A stretch of DNA of 64,000 bases, taken from the NCBI GenBank assembly GCA_022813965.1, contig JALDZS010000051.1:62001-126000 (forward strand), in the 5' to 3' direction. The first letter of the stretch is position 1; each line of letters opens with the position of its first letter. Shown one piece after another: positions 12,301 through 23,444 of the stretch. The position numbers and the translations under genes were made by a program. The stretch is from Toensbergia leucococca (Eukaryota). Under the pieces are notes generated by a model. It was not told the origin of the DNA. It searched no databases and saw only the letters and a list, made by a program, of their open reading frames with translations.

Positions 12301-15163
12301 TAAAGTATGGCACCAAGCAGGTCCTTCTGATAGACTTCGTGATTTACGCGAGCAAATGGATGGGGGAACAAATCAAGGACAAGATTTCCAACAGGCGACG
12401 TCCAGAAATTTCAGCAACGGTACTATTGGAAATACTGTGCGAAGCAAAATGCTGAAAGGCCCCAGGAGAGCTGCTGCTGAGGCTTTAGCCGAGAGTGAGG
12501 GCCTCAATCGATTGGGTCACGGTCAAGGGGAGGATGCTGTCATCTTCGAGAAACCTCAAGTAATCGAGTTGAAGCGCCCTCAGATGAACCCCCATCAAGC
12601 CACTGGCCTTTTGGGTGAGCTTGCCTCTCGGGTACGGCGATATGATGGTAGCGACGATGAAGATGTTGAGGGTGATGGTGTTACGACCGGGACGTCTCAT
12701 CCGAGTCTCGAATCCGATGCCCCCAAAACTCCGTCAGATGAAGAGATTCCCAAAGTTGAACCCCAATTCAATGGCTCCCCCCCACCTGCTCCTCCAATAC
12801 AGCAATCTTCAGGTGGTATGCCTGGCTTTGAAGGGGGCCCTCCCCCTCCCCCTCCACCACCTCCTCCCATGTTCACTCCTTCAATTCCGGGCTTCTCGGC
12901 CGGGCCTCCTCCACCACCGCCTCCTCCGATGTTGCCTACTATGATACGAGGATTTTCAGGTGGTGCTCCTCCACCACCACCACCACCACCCATGCCGGGA
13001 ATGCCCATGACACCATTAGATGGAGCGATGGGTCCTCCTCCGCCTCCTACACCTAGTGCACCTCCGCTACCAGGAGCCAAAAAGGGAGGTTACCTTCCAC
13101 AAGCTCAGTATACTAATGCGCAAAGTATAGGCTTGCCCTTCGCTCGGCCTAAGAAGAAGCTGAAAGCGCTGCATTGGGAAAAAGTTGACACACCTCAAGT
13201 AACCGTTTGGGCCGCACATACTCCAACGCACGAATCCAAGGAAGAGAAGTATATGGAATTGTCGAGGAAAGGCGTCTTGGATGAAGTCGAGAAGCTGTTC
13301 CTCGCAAAGGAGATCAAAAAGATTGGAACTGGCGGTGGCAAGAAGTCCGACAAAAAGCAGATTATTTCAAGTGATTTGATACGAAATTTCCATATCTGTC
13401 TGGCGAAATTTTCTCAATTATCAGCTGATGAGATTGTGCGAATGATCATACACTGCGATAAAGAGGTTCTTGACAATGAAGTCGTCATGGAATTCCTACA
13501 GAAGGGCGACATGTGCACGATTCCTGACAACACTGCCAAGCTCATGGCTCCTTATAGTAAGGACTGGACTGGCCCAGATGCACAGAGGACTCCAAGAGAG
13601 CAAGATCCTGCAGAACTTACGAGAGAAGACCAGATATACTTACAGACGGCATTTGAACTACGCCATTACTGGAAAATCAGGATGCGGGCGTTGGCACTGA
13701 CTCGCACCTTCGAAAAGGAATACGACGAAATCTCAAGCCATCTAAAGGAAGTCGTCCGGGTTTCAGAATCTTTGCGAGACTCTGTTTCTTTGATGAATGT
13801 CCTCGGGCTGATCCTGGATATTGGTAACTACATGAATGACTCCAATAAACAGGCTACTGGCTTTAAGCTTAGCTCCTTGGGACGTTTGGGTATGGTCAAG
13901 GACGACAAGAATGAGTCTACTTTTGCAGATCTTGTTGAGAGGATTGTTCGACTTCAGTATTCTGAGTGGGAAGGTTTCACCGATGATATCGGCGGGGTCG
14001 TCACTGCGCAGAAGCTCAATGTCGAACAACTGCAGCTAGATGCGAAGAAGTACATTGACAATATTAAGAATGTGCAATCATCTCTTGACGCGGGTATTCT
14101 CAGCGACTCCAAGAAGTTTCACCCTCAAGATCGTGTGAGCCAGATCTCGCAGCGATCAATGAAAGACGCCAGGCGGAAAGCAGACCAGATGCAGCTGTAT
14201 CTCGATGAAATGACCAGAACATACGACGACATCATGATATTCTACGGTGAAGACAGTACTGATGACAATGCTCGTCGAGATTTCTTTGCGAAGCTGGCCG
14301 CATTTGTCACAGAGTGGAAGGTAAGCCTGATGCCTCTACAGTTCTGAATCTCCACATACGTATGACTAAGTCTTTTGTCTCAGAAATCCAAGGAGAAGAA
14401 TATGACCGTGGAAGAAACTCGTCGACGCAATGAAGCCTCTATGGCTCGTAAGCGTGCCAACCTTCCCAATGGTAGCAATGCTGGTACTGCAGACACCGGT
14501 TCATCAACTCCCGAAGGCGCTCTTTCGCCAACATCCACAGGGGCAATGGACTCCCTCCTCGAGAAACTCCGGGCTGCCGCACCGCAGGCAAGAGACCAGC
14601 GGGATCGTAGGCGTAGGGCGCGACTCAAAGATAGACATCAGATCCGGGTGGCAAGCGGTCAGAAGATTCTAGATATGTCGGAGCTAGCCAAAGCAGGGAG
14701 TGAGGATGAAGAATCCGAGAAAGCGACTCTGGGTCTCGAGCGTGAAAAGGGAGAGCAAATCGGCGCCATCAGCGAGGAACCTAGCATGATCAGCGAGGGG
14801 GAAGATGTGGCAGACCGGGCAGCGAGCTTGTTACAAGGACTTCGTGGCGATGGGGATGCCGAAGGGGAAGGCGTGTCTAGAGATAGTAGCCTACGGGTTC
14901 GAAGGCGGAGGGAGAGTGCAGATGATGAGAGGAAGGCTAGGAGGAGAAGGAGAGGGGCTGCATCGAATAGTGGTGCAAGCAAGGACAGGGACAGCATCAT
15001 GTCGGCTCCAATGGAGGAACCGGATTCGATACAAGAAGAGACGCCCAATCAAGAGGAGGGAGATAGCAGAGACGCAAACGAGCCGCTTTCTCCCCCTCGG
15101 ACGGTCATTAGTCCGCCCACTCCTGAGGGCACGCAACAGAATCCTGTCGATTTGTCGGATTGA
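9377..15163 (+). CDS. sepA: Formin (SepA/Bni1 type): GBD/FH3, poly-Pro FH1, FH2, DAD
   Basis: Poly-proline FH1; FH2 motifs KLKALHWEKV and GNYMND..KQATGFKLSSL; DAD motif GAMDSLLEKL. Introns 10591-10851 and 14321-14383. Confidence 0.95.
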
Positions 15164-15479
15164 AAGCGCCGATTTTCCCCTCTTCTCACTTGTCCCTACA
15201 TCGATTGGGGGTTGCGAGCTGTATCATATTTTTTTTTCTTGTAATACCCTTTTTTTTTGTTACCGGCGCTGTAGTAGTGTGATATCTCCTGCGTTTGTGG
15301 CGGCATAGCGTTTGGGGGTTTACTCTCTCTCTGTCTCTATTTCTTCTCTTTTTTTTTCTCCGTGAAAGGGGGATTGAGGGTGGGGCGCGTCGCTGGGACT
15401 GGCCGGCTGGGTTGGATGTATGGGTTGCTTTGATCCTGTTCAGGTGAATTGCTTTAGGGCTCAGCTAATATTGATGGCG

Positions 15480-15900
15480 GGGGTGAGGGTGAGGGTGGAG
15501 GTGGAGAGGGAAAAGAAATATAATACCTTTTTTTTTTTCATGTTCTCTGCTCATTTTTGAGGATTTTGTAAGGTGAGAAGTTTTGTTTCTTGATTCTGTG
15601 AAATGTGTGTGTTTTGTTTGAGAAGAGCTATTGGTTCTTTTTGGTGAGTTGAATATGCTGTCTCTTTTTGTAAAAGAAGATAGGTTTTTTTTTTTGATGA
15701 TGAGATTTGTTTTAGTTGCATATGTGTTGATGTGTTGTATATTTCTTATTAGCTTTTTTGCTTTTGTATTTTCTTCTGATCTTAAGCTTTGAGTGAGTGA
15801 ATTGATAAATTTGTTGTTGATTAATGAGTGCTTGAATTACAAAATCTTTATCTTTCTTTTTCTTTTAGACTTTGATGACTGATGTTAACTTGAATAGAAT
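15480..15900. repeat. AT-rich, C-poor degenerate repeat relic
   Basis: T/G/A-rich with almost no CpG and no ORF; same texture as 2200-2900. Confidence 0.4.
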
Positions 15901-16129
15901 GAATTTAAAGAAGCTAAGGTCATTGTACTGACAGATGAATGGAGGTGGGGGGTAGGTTTGATAAAATTCATCCAGTTGATATTCACATCTTTCCTTCGCT
16001 TCACTTTTCTTCGACCTACCTTTTTCCTTACTTTTTTTCCCCTCGACCTCAGCCCTTCGGCGACAGCTTTCAAGCGATCAACTCGATAGTGCTCGAGGTT
16101 TCAAGAGCCGCCCGGATATCTGCAGTATC

Positions 16130-17484
16130 ATGGCTATCCTTAAAGATGTGGAAGTTCGCATCGTATCGACCTCGACCAATGATCCGTTTCTCGAGTATGA
16201 CGATCCTAAAGCGAAAGCCACTGGCGATACATTTCTTGTGGAAAAGTACATAGAGGCTGAGACAGGAAAGGAATCTCGAATCTCGATTTATATCAAGCCG
16301 GGATTCGAGCTTCTCGGTGCGCATGCCGTCAACATCGGCATAAAGACAAGCGACGGGCATGTGTATTTTTGCAAACACTACAAGAAATCGATGGTTTTGG
16401 ACGGACGAGATAAGGGAAACCCCTTCATCTTTAAACATGTACGTTACGTGGAAGGAAACGTCGGGTTTGCGTTTGGGTCCCTAGAAATTGGTGAGCGCCT
16501 CTCAAATTCACTAGTGAAAACCTTTCTAATCTACTCCAAAGATGAGGATATTGAAATTGATAAGGAAGCCATCAACAAGCAAGCGGATACCATTGGATCT
16601 ATCGTTGTATACGTCGAGAGGGCCAACAAGATTGAGTGCGCAGAACCAGAGCTGGGCTTTGCCGCAAAATTTCCACCAGGGAATACGGGAATGAAAGTAG
16701 CAAAAGAGCTCGTGAAAGAGAAACACGTGAGCCACTTCATTAGGCAAGTATCTCGATATCGGACTTAACTTGCCAGTGCCATACTAGTACCCACATTGAC
16801 AGAACCGGAGAAAAGACAGTTGGAACTAAAACCTCCCGGATTAAGTATTCGTACCCTGCATTAGGGGGAAGTGAAGGTCGACGTATACAATTTGTCTTCC
16901 GGTATCGATCGCATAGTAAGTTTGATACCGGCCTAAGAACACTCAGATGATTGAAACTGTTAGTAGTGCATCTCCAACTTCTTCACGTCATTCCTCACAC
17001 TGGCCCAGCCATAGAGGGAGTATTAGGACATCTTGACGAGACTGAGGAACCTGAAGAGGTCTTCAAACTCCCGATTCGCCCAACCACAACGTCAGAAGCA
17101 CCAGAGCAGCCAGACAATAGCAATGAGAGGGACAAGATACCGGAATGTTCGGTAGGTTCTTTGTCACGAGGTTTCTCGAAATCGCTGTAATTGCTAACAG
17201 AGAGACAGGTTGAGGAGCTTACTAGAGGTGAGCTTGAAGCTGAAAACCGACGGCTTCTAGAAGAGAATGCTACCATGAAGAAGGAGATTGTTGGGCTCCA
17301 GGATATGAAAGAGAAGCTCTCTGCGTTTCAGACATTAATGGGTAGCTTCAACGCTAGTGCTACGCCTATTGCCAAGAGGGAACGAATCAAAGAAGAAGAG
17401 CATGGACAGGTCCCCGGTGTATCTTCACCTTCAAGAGGCCGTCCTTCGAAGCGAGTGAAGATAGATCTGACGGAAAATGAGTGA
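16130..17484 (+). CDS. Conserved fungal hypothetical protein (DUF7918-like beta domain plus C-terminal coiled coil); 5 exons
   Basis: Motifs LEYDDP...EKYIEAETGKE, IGSIVVYV, FVFRYRS and LQLLHVIP assemble across introns 16491-16541, ~16744-16802, from 16916 and from ~17152. Coiled coil LEAENRRLLEENATMKKE and NLS-like RPSKRVKIDLT. Family name from memory. Confidence 0.7.
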
Positions 17485-18771
17485 AGTTTTGTTGGGAAAG
17501 TACCGTTCTTCAGTCCTATGATTAGCGAGTGCATGTAAGGAGTAAGGTGCCTGGGGATCTTCTCCTTGCGTAGTAAAGAATCAACCGTCATCATTGACTA
17601 TTTCAGCATAACAAATCTACAGCAAATTGGAATAGGGGCCAAATTGCCGTGGAAGATTGCATGGCTAAGAGAAGAACGTTCGGGATAGGACGCAGCTTTG
17701 CACATTCAGCGTTCACAGTCTGTATTCGTATTGCATGTAAAGTATCAATCCTTGAGCCTCGATCAAAATATTCATACGCTGTTCAATTGCAAATTGGCGT
17801 ACGAAAAAGAGATAACTCCCATGAGACAATACGGACATGCTTCCATAGGTGCACGTAGAACCCTCTTCGATACATTGGCACCTCTCTGCAAAAAACATGT
17901 TTCAATTTGGGGGAAAAAATGGGTTATTACCCCCTTTCACAGCACTAGGATTTAAGCCAAGATCTCAAAGACAACGCGTAACGAACAAGCACATACCATC
18001 AATACCCAAACCAGCAGAATCCAGGATAGACCGGCTCAGCAATCAAAGTCGCCTTGCAAATCCCATTCCATCCATATTTTCAATCGCAACACAGGGACCC
18101 TGAAGTGATGAATGGGCCACGCAACAAAACAGGTCACAGATTTGATTTTTCGAGGGGGCCGATATCGCAGCTTGGCGCTCTTTGCCCGGAGAAAAGTATT
18201 TCGGATTCTACCTACGGCGCAAACGGCAGCAACGAAAATGCCGTGTTTGAACCCCGCTATTCGGGGATCTATCTACCTAGTGGAGGTTCTAAGTTCTGGG
18301 AAGCATGGCAATTTTCCAGGTACCTTAGGGATGAATCCGGCAATTACTAGATCCGTCGTTTATGGGGAAGAGGGCCCCCTCCCTGCCTCCACGGTCATGT
18401 GGAAGTATTTATATTCTGGGGAGGGGAAAAAGAGGAGGGAGGATGACAAGGGCAAAGGGATCTGTGAATGTATATAAGAGTAGATGATTCACTTTTGGGA
18501 ACTCGTGGCTATTTAATTGATTTGTTTTGCATCTTCTTTCAAAGAAGCTCATTGAATAGGTAGGTATCCAGTTCCTAGGTTGTTCCCAGCTTGCTATCTA
18601 CCTACCTACTTTACCCCACTGTTTGACTTATCACGCGCCTAAGGGATATCTCCGCGCTGACGTAGCCACTCGTTTCAAGGCCTTGGAAATTGATAGCTCT
18701 CGGATAAAAAGCGCCCTCTTGCAGAGCTTCTGCTTCTTCTGCAGTTTGTGTTAGCAAGTTTTTTCAACAAA

Positions 18772-20325
18772 ATGGTATTTGCTCGCTCCATCACCCGCCT
18801 TTCCAGGCCTGCCTCTTCCCTGCTTCAAGCCAAGCCAAGCCGTGCTGTCAATCGAAGTCTAGGCGGGGTACGCTCGCTAACTGCGACTTCGTCTTTGCAG
18901 GTTCTACTTCACCCTCCGCCTTGACCTATTACCTTCCACTGACCTTGCTTGGGAACAGTCAAAAGTCCTTCTCGTTCTGTATGATGTATGTATTTCCAGA
19001 AATTGTCTCAATTGGCCACAGCATTATTGCTCTGGAGTATTCAATAGATGGCCCAATGGATCACTGCTGATCATTGCTTCACACAGGGTGGAAAACACGC
19101 CGATGAAGTTCCAGAACTCCTGGGGACGACAGAGAATGAGCTCGGTATTCGAAAATGGCTCGAGGATCAAGGCCACACGCTGGTGACTACCTCGGACAAG
19201 GAAGGTGAAGGCTCAAAATTCGACCAGGAGCTGGTTGACGCTGAGGTCATCATCACAACGCCGTAAGATGTCCCGTCTTTTTTGATGTTGATCATGGTGG
19301 TACCAAGGCGCCGGGAAGTACTTGAAAGAGCCATTGACTTATATGTTGTGTAACAATCAGTTTCCATCCCGGGTATTTGAACGCCGAACGTCTTGCCAAG
19401 GCCAAAAAGTTGAAGATTGCTGTAACTGCGGGTATTGGATCTGATCATGTCGACCTCGATGCCGCCAACAAGACCAACGGTGGTATCACCGTGGCCGAAG
19501 TCACAGGGTCGAACGTCGTTTCCGTTGCTGAGCACGTGGTTATGACAATCTTGACACTCGTCCGTAACTTCGTTCCCGCTCATGAGCAAATCCAAGCAGG
19601 TGAATGGGACGTGGCAGCTGCAGCAAAGAATGAGTTTGATCTCGAAGGTAAAGTCGTTGGTACCGTCGCTGTCGGCCGTATTGGTGAGAGAGTCCTTCGA
19701 AGACTCAAGCCGTTCGATTGTAAGGAGCTATTGTACTTTGATTACCAACCACTTAAGCCCGAGATTGAACAGGAGATTGGTTGTAGGCGTGTTGAGGATT
19801 TGGAGGAGATGTTGGGCCAATGCGATGTTGTCACCATCAATTGCCCACTTCACGAGAAAACCAGAGGTCTCTTCAACAAAGAGTTGATCTCCAAGATGAA
19901 GAAGGGTGAGCCAGAATCCCTTCAATCTACCCAGCTAGATGCTAACTCAGGCTACAGGTTCCTGGCTCGTCAACACCGCTCGAGGCGCCATCGTCGTAAA
20001 AGAAGATGTCGCAGATGCTCTCAAATCAGGTCATCTTCGCGGTTATGGAGGAGATGTCTGGTTTCCTCAACCAGCGCCCAAAGACCACCCCCTCCGATAC
20101 GCAAAGAATCCCTTTGGTGGCGGAAATGCAATGGTCCCCCACATGTCTGGTACCTCGTTAGATGCGCAGAAGCGATATGCGGACGGCACCAAAGCGATCT
20201 TGCATTCATACTTTAGCGGGAAATTTGACTACCGGCCTCAGGATTTGATTGTGCATAATGGGGATTATGCCACAAAGGCTTATGGACAGAGAGCAGGAGG
20301 ACAACCTGGTAATAAGAGCAAATAG
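18772..20325 (+). CDS. fdh1: NAD-dependent formate dehydrogenase (possible mitochondrial and cytosolic isoforms)
   Basis: [71 protein letters not shown] and [11 protein letters not shown]. Introns 18901-18958, 18986-19086, 19263-19360 and 19906-19957. Confidence 0.96.
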
Positions 20326-20793
20326 ACGAGAAAGTGGGAAGATGGAAGAGGGGGGATTTTGTATCTATTGGACTGGTGGAAAGGTTGGATAAAATATTGA
20401 AGCAATACCATCAAAATTTTCAGTATTATGAGTCGTACAAGTGAAAAAAGAAATCACCTCGTCCCAATCATCCAACTCGTGATGGCATCTTTTTCCTTAC
20501 GGTTCCCTAATTCCCAAGCAAGTCTTGTGACTATTATCGTCTCGACCTGAGTGCCATGTATGGTCAGGCGGATGGTCTTCCTTTAGTCTGTATTTGGTGA
20601 TTGAGGCATGATCTTGATGGAATGAGTACGAGTGAATAATGACTGAAAGACTTTTGCCTCCACCCACGCGCCTAAATCTCATCCAAAAATACCCCACCAC
20701 CTCACCTAAAAAGAGACACCATCCTCAAAACCCCCCCACACCAACAACCCACACCCTCTCCCCCCCTCCGCCCCTCAAAATAAAAAAAACCAA

Positions 20794-21426
20794 ATGCCAA
20801 CCCTCGCCTTCCTAACCCCCCTCTCCCAAAAATACGCCCTCCTCCACCGCTCCCTCCTGCCCCCAACCTCCGATCCCCCCCCCTCCGACACCTCCCTCGC
20901 CTCCCCATCCGACTCCCACCTCTCCCGCGTCCTACGCGCCTACTACTCTGAAAAGCAAAAAGAATCCTCCCTCACCGGCGCCAGCGCTCCATGGCCCGCA
21001 TGGCTGGAAGGCGGTCCCCCCACTCCTCCTCCTCCCGCCAACTACCCCCTACAGCAACAGCAAGGTCCCGTAGGCAGTCTTCGCCAAAACGCCCTCTCGC
21101 GACCTCTATCCTCCTCCTCCAATAATAGTAGCGGTGGCGGCCTCTCATCCATCTTCTCTGAACCCCCCTCAGCGGCCGGGGGTGGTGGTCTGCACGAGCT
21201 ATCATCGCTGCGACGGCCCGTGGGCGCAAGAGTGGGATCGACGCAGTCTGGACCGGGGGCTTTGGAGCGGACGGCGGCGGCGGCGCCGAGACCGTTGCCG
21301 AGTCAGCGGGAGGGGAGTTATCAGCAGTGGGGGGGGGAGGAGGGGGGAGGGAGGGAGAGGTTGAGGAGGAGGTTTGGGGGCGCGGGGGGGAGGGGGAGTG
21401 TGGAGGGGGGTGGGAGAGGTGGGTAG
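20794..21426 (+). CDS. mso1: Mso1-like Sec1-binding exocytosis protein
   Basis: DSHLSRVLRAYYSEK...PWPAWL matches the Mso1 Sec1-binding motif; low-complexity remainder includes RPLPSQREGSYQ. Confidence 0.75.
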   Translation: MPTLAFLTPLSQKYALLHRSLLPPTSDPPPSDTSLASPSDSHLSRVLRAYYSEKQKESSLTGASAPWPAWLEGGPPTPPPPANYPLQQQQGPVGSLRQNALSRPLSSSSNNSSGGGLSSIFSEPPSAAGGGGLHELSSLRRPVGARVGSTQSGPGALERTAAAAPRPLPSQREGSYQQWGGEEGGGRERLRRRFGGAGGRGSVEGGGRGG

Positions 21427-21599
21427 GTTGTTTTTTGGGGGGTGGGGGGTTGGAGTGTCAATGGGGATGGGGAAGAGGGGGTGATGGGGTACAGGGATTG
21501 CGTTTGCTGGAGCGGAGAGGGGGCGGTTTGCGGGTGAGAGCAATTCTGACTGGTTGGCTGGCTGGTTTGGCGCGGAACGTGCTCTTTACTCCGATATCA

Positions 21600-22960
21600 A
21601 AGAATACCATTTCCAACTTCCTTTACACACCCTCTACCCCTACTCCATACTCTACACACACTCCACTTAACGCACCCCTCCCCATTCTTCCCCACCCCCC
21701 CCCTCTTCCTCACCTCCCTCCTCTTCTTCACCCCCTCAAAAAAACCCCCCCTTCCCCTCATTCTCACACAATCAATCCCTCACCCCCTGACTCTTCCCCC
21801 CTCAAAGAAACCCTCACACATTCTCTCATCAATCCCCTCCCTACTACTACAATTGCACTACACACACTACATTAGACAATCACTTATTAAAATAATCACC
21901 TTCTCTTCTTAAAACATTCCGCAAAGAAAATCTCTCTTTCTTAAAAGAAAATCATCTCTTTTCTTCTCTTCTCTTCTCACACACACTCCTTCTTCAAAAT
22001 CAACACATCTTATCTCTTAAAAAACTCTCTTTCAAAAAATGCTCTCCTTTTTCTCATTCTCACACAATTAATCCCTCCCTCATTCTCTTCAAGAAAAGAA
22101 AATAATCCCTTTCAAAAAAAACCCCCTCACACATCCCTCATCAAATCCCTCCCTACTACTACAATTGCACTACACACTAGTATACATTACACAATCTCTC
22201 ATTAAATAACTCTCTCTCTTCTTCTCAAATCACACCCCCCTTCTCTCAAAGAAATCTCTTATTCTTTAAAAAAAAACTTCTTTTCTTCTCTAATCATATA
22301 TCTCTCTTCTTAAACCTCCTCTCACCTTCTTAAAAGTCTTTCACTTCTAAAAACCCTTTCTTTCTCTCTCTTCTCATCTCACACCCCTCTTCTCAATCTT
22401 TTCTCTTCTTCTTAAAAAAACCTCATTTTTCTCTTTAATCACATCATCTCTAATTATATAACACCCCTTCTCATCACTTAATCATCTTCTTCTCACTCAA
22501 AAAAAAAACCCTCTCTTTAACCTCATCAATTATTCTCTTCTTACTTTACACTTCACAAACTAAACATCACACACCTCATGAAACCTCACATCATCAATAA
22601 CACATTATCATCATTAACATCACATATCTCACACACTCTCACAATGCCTCACAACATCACATAAACCCTTCTCTCAACCTCTCTCAAACCTCACACATCT
22701 CACAAAAATCATCTAAAACATCTTACATCATCAATAACACTCCTCATAAAACCTCACACTATCAACAACATATCATCATCAACATATCTCACAATCTCTC
22801 TCACATATCACACACCTCACACACTACATCTCACACACATCTCTCTCATCTTCTCAAACCTCACCTTCTTAAATCTCACAACACATCTCATACCTTTACA
22901 CTCTCTCCCTTCTTAACCTCACAAAACTCCCTTTATCACTATGCCTCATCTCATCTCAAA
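21600..22960. repeat. ~1.35-kb G-depleted low-complexity tract with an internal ~85-bp direct repeat
   Basis: Only about 20 G on the + strand (count by eye). The unit ccctcacaca...ccctactactacaattgcactacacac...attaaa(a)taa occurs at ~21811-21896 and ~22123-22209. CA-rich repeats (cacatcatcaataacac) from 22570 to 22900. Confidence 0.75.
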
Positions 22961-23444
22961 GTCAGAATCTAACATTCTAACATTTCTCTTGCCCCCCCTC
23001 CCCTGATTCACTTTCACAGTGATGAGAATCATAGGCAGACTCTTCATAATAGAGATATATTGAGCATAATAGGGAAATCAAGATCACTTGAGGGTGATAG
23101 GGGCGATAGGGGCGATGTATAGGGATAAATAAGAATGAATTATCATCATCCTCTCTGTCTTGACGATTTGATGATGGATGGATAAGGGGTTTAAGGGGCG
23201 TCACAACGGGCAAGGGAGAGGAGCGGAGACAACTCAAGGTCAAGGTTCGGTCGGAAAAAAGGGCCGCAATCCCTCTCACTCCTCTCAAGCCAAAGAAAGC
23301 GCAGGAATTTTTCCCAGCGTAAAATGGAAAAGTGTTACATAATATACATACACAGTCACGAAATTATCATACATTTGTTCCTCCTTTTTTTCTACCCCTA
23401 TAGCCATCCAACTTTTTCAACCAAAAAAAAAAGAATCCCGCGGG

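Noticed and set aside
21202..21875. Gly- and Pro-rich ORFs overlapping and following mso1
   Set aside because: Products of G-run and C-run low-complexity DNA.
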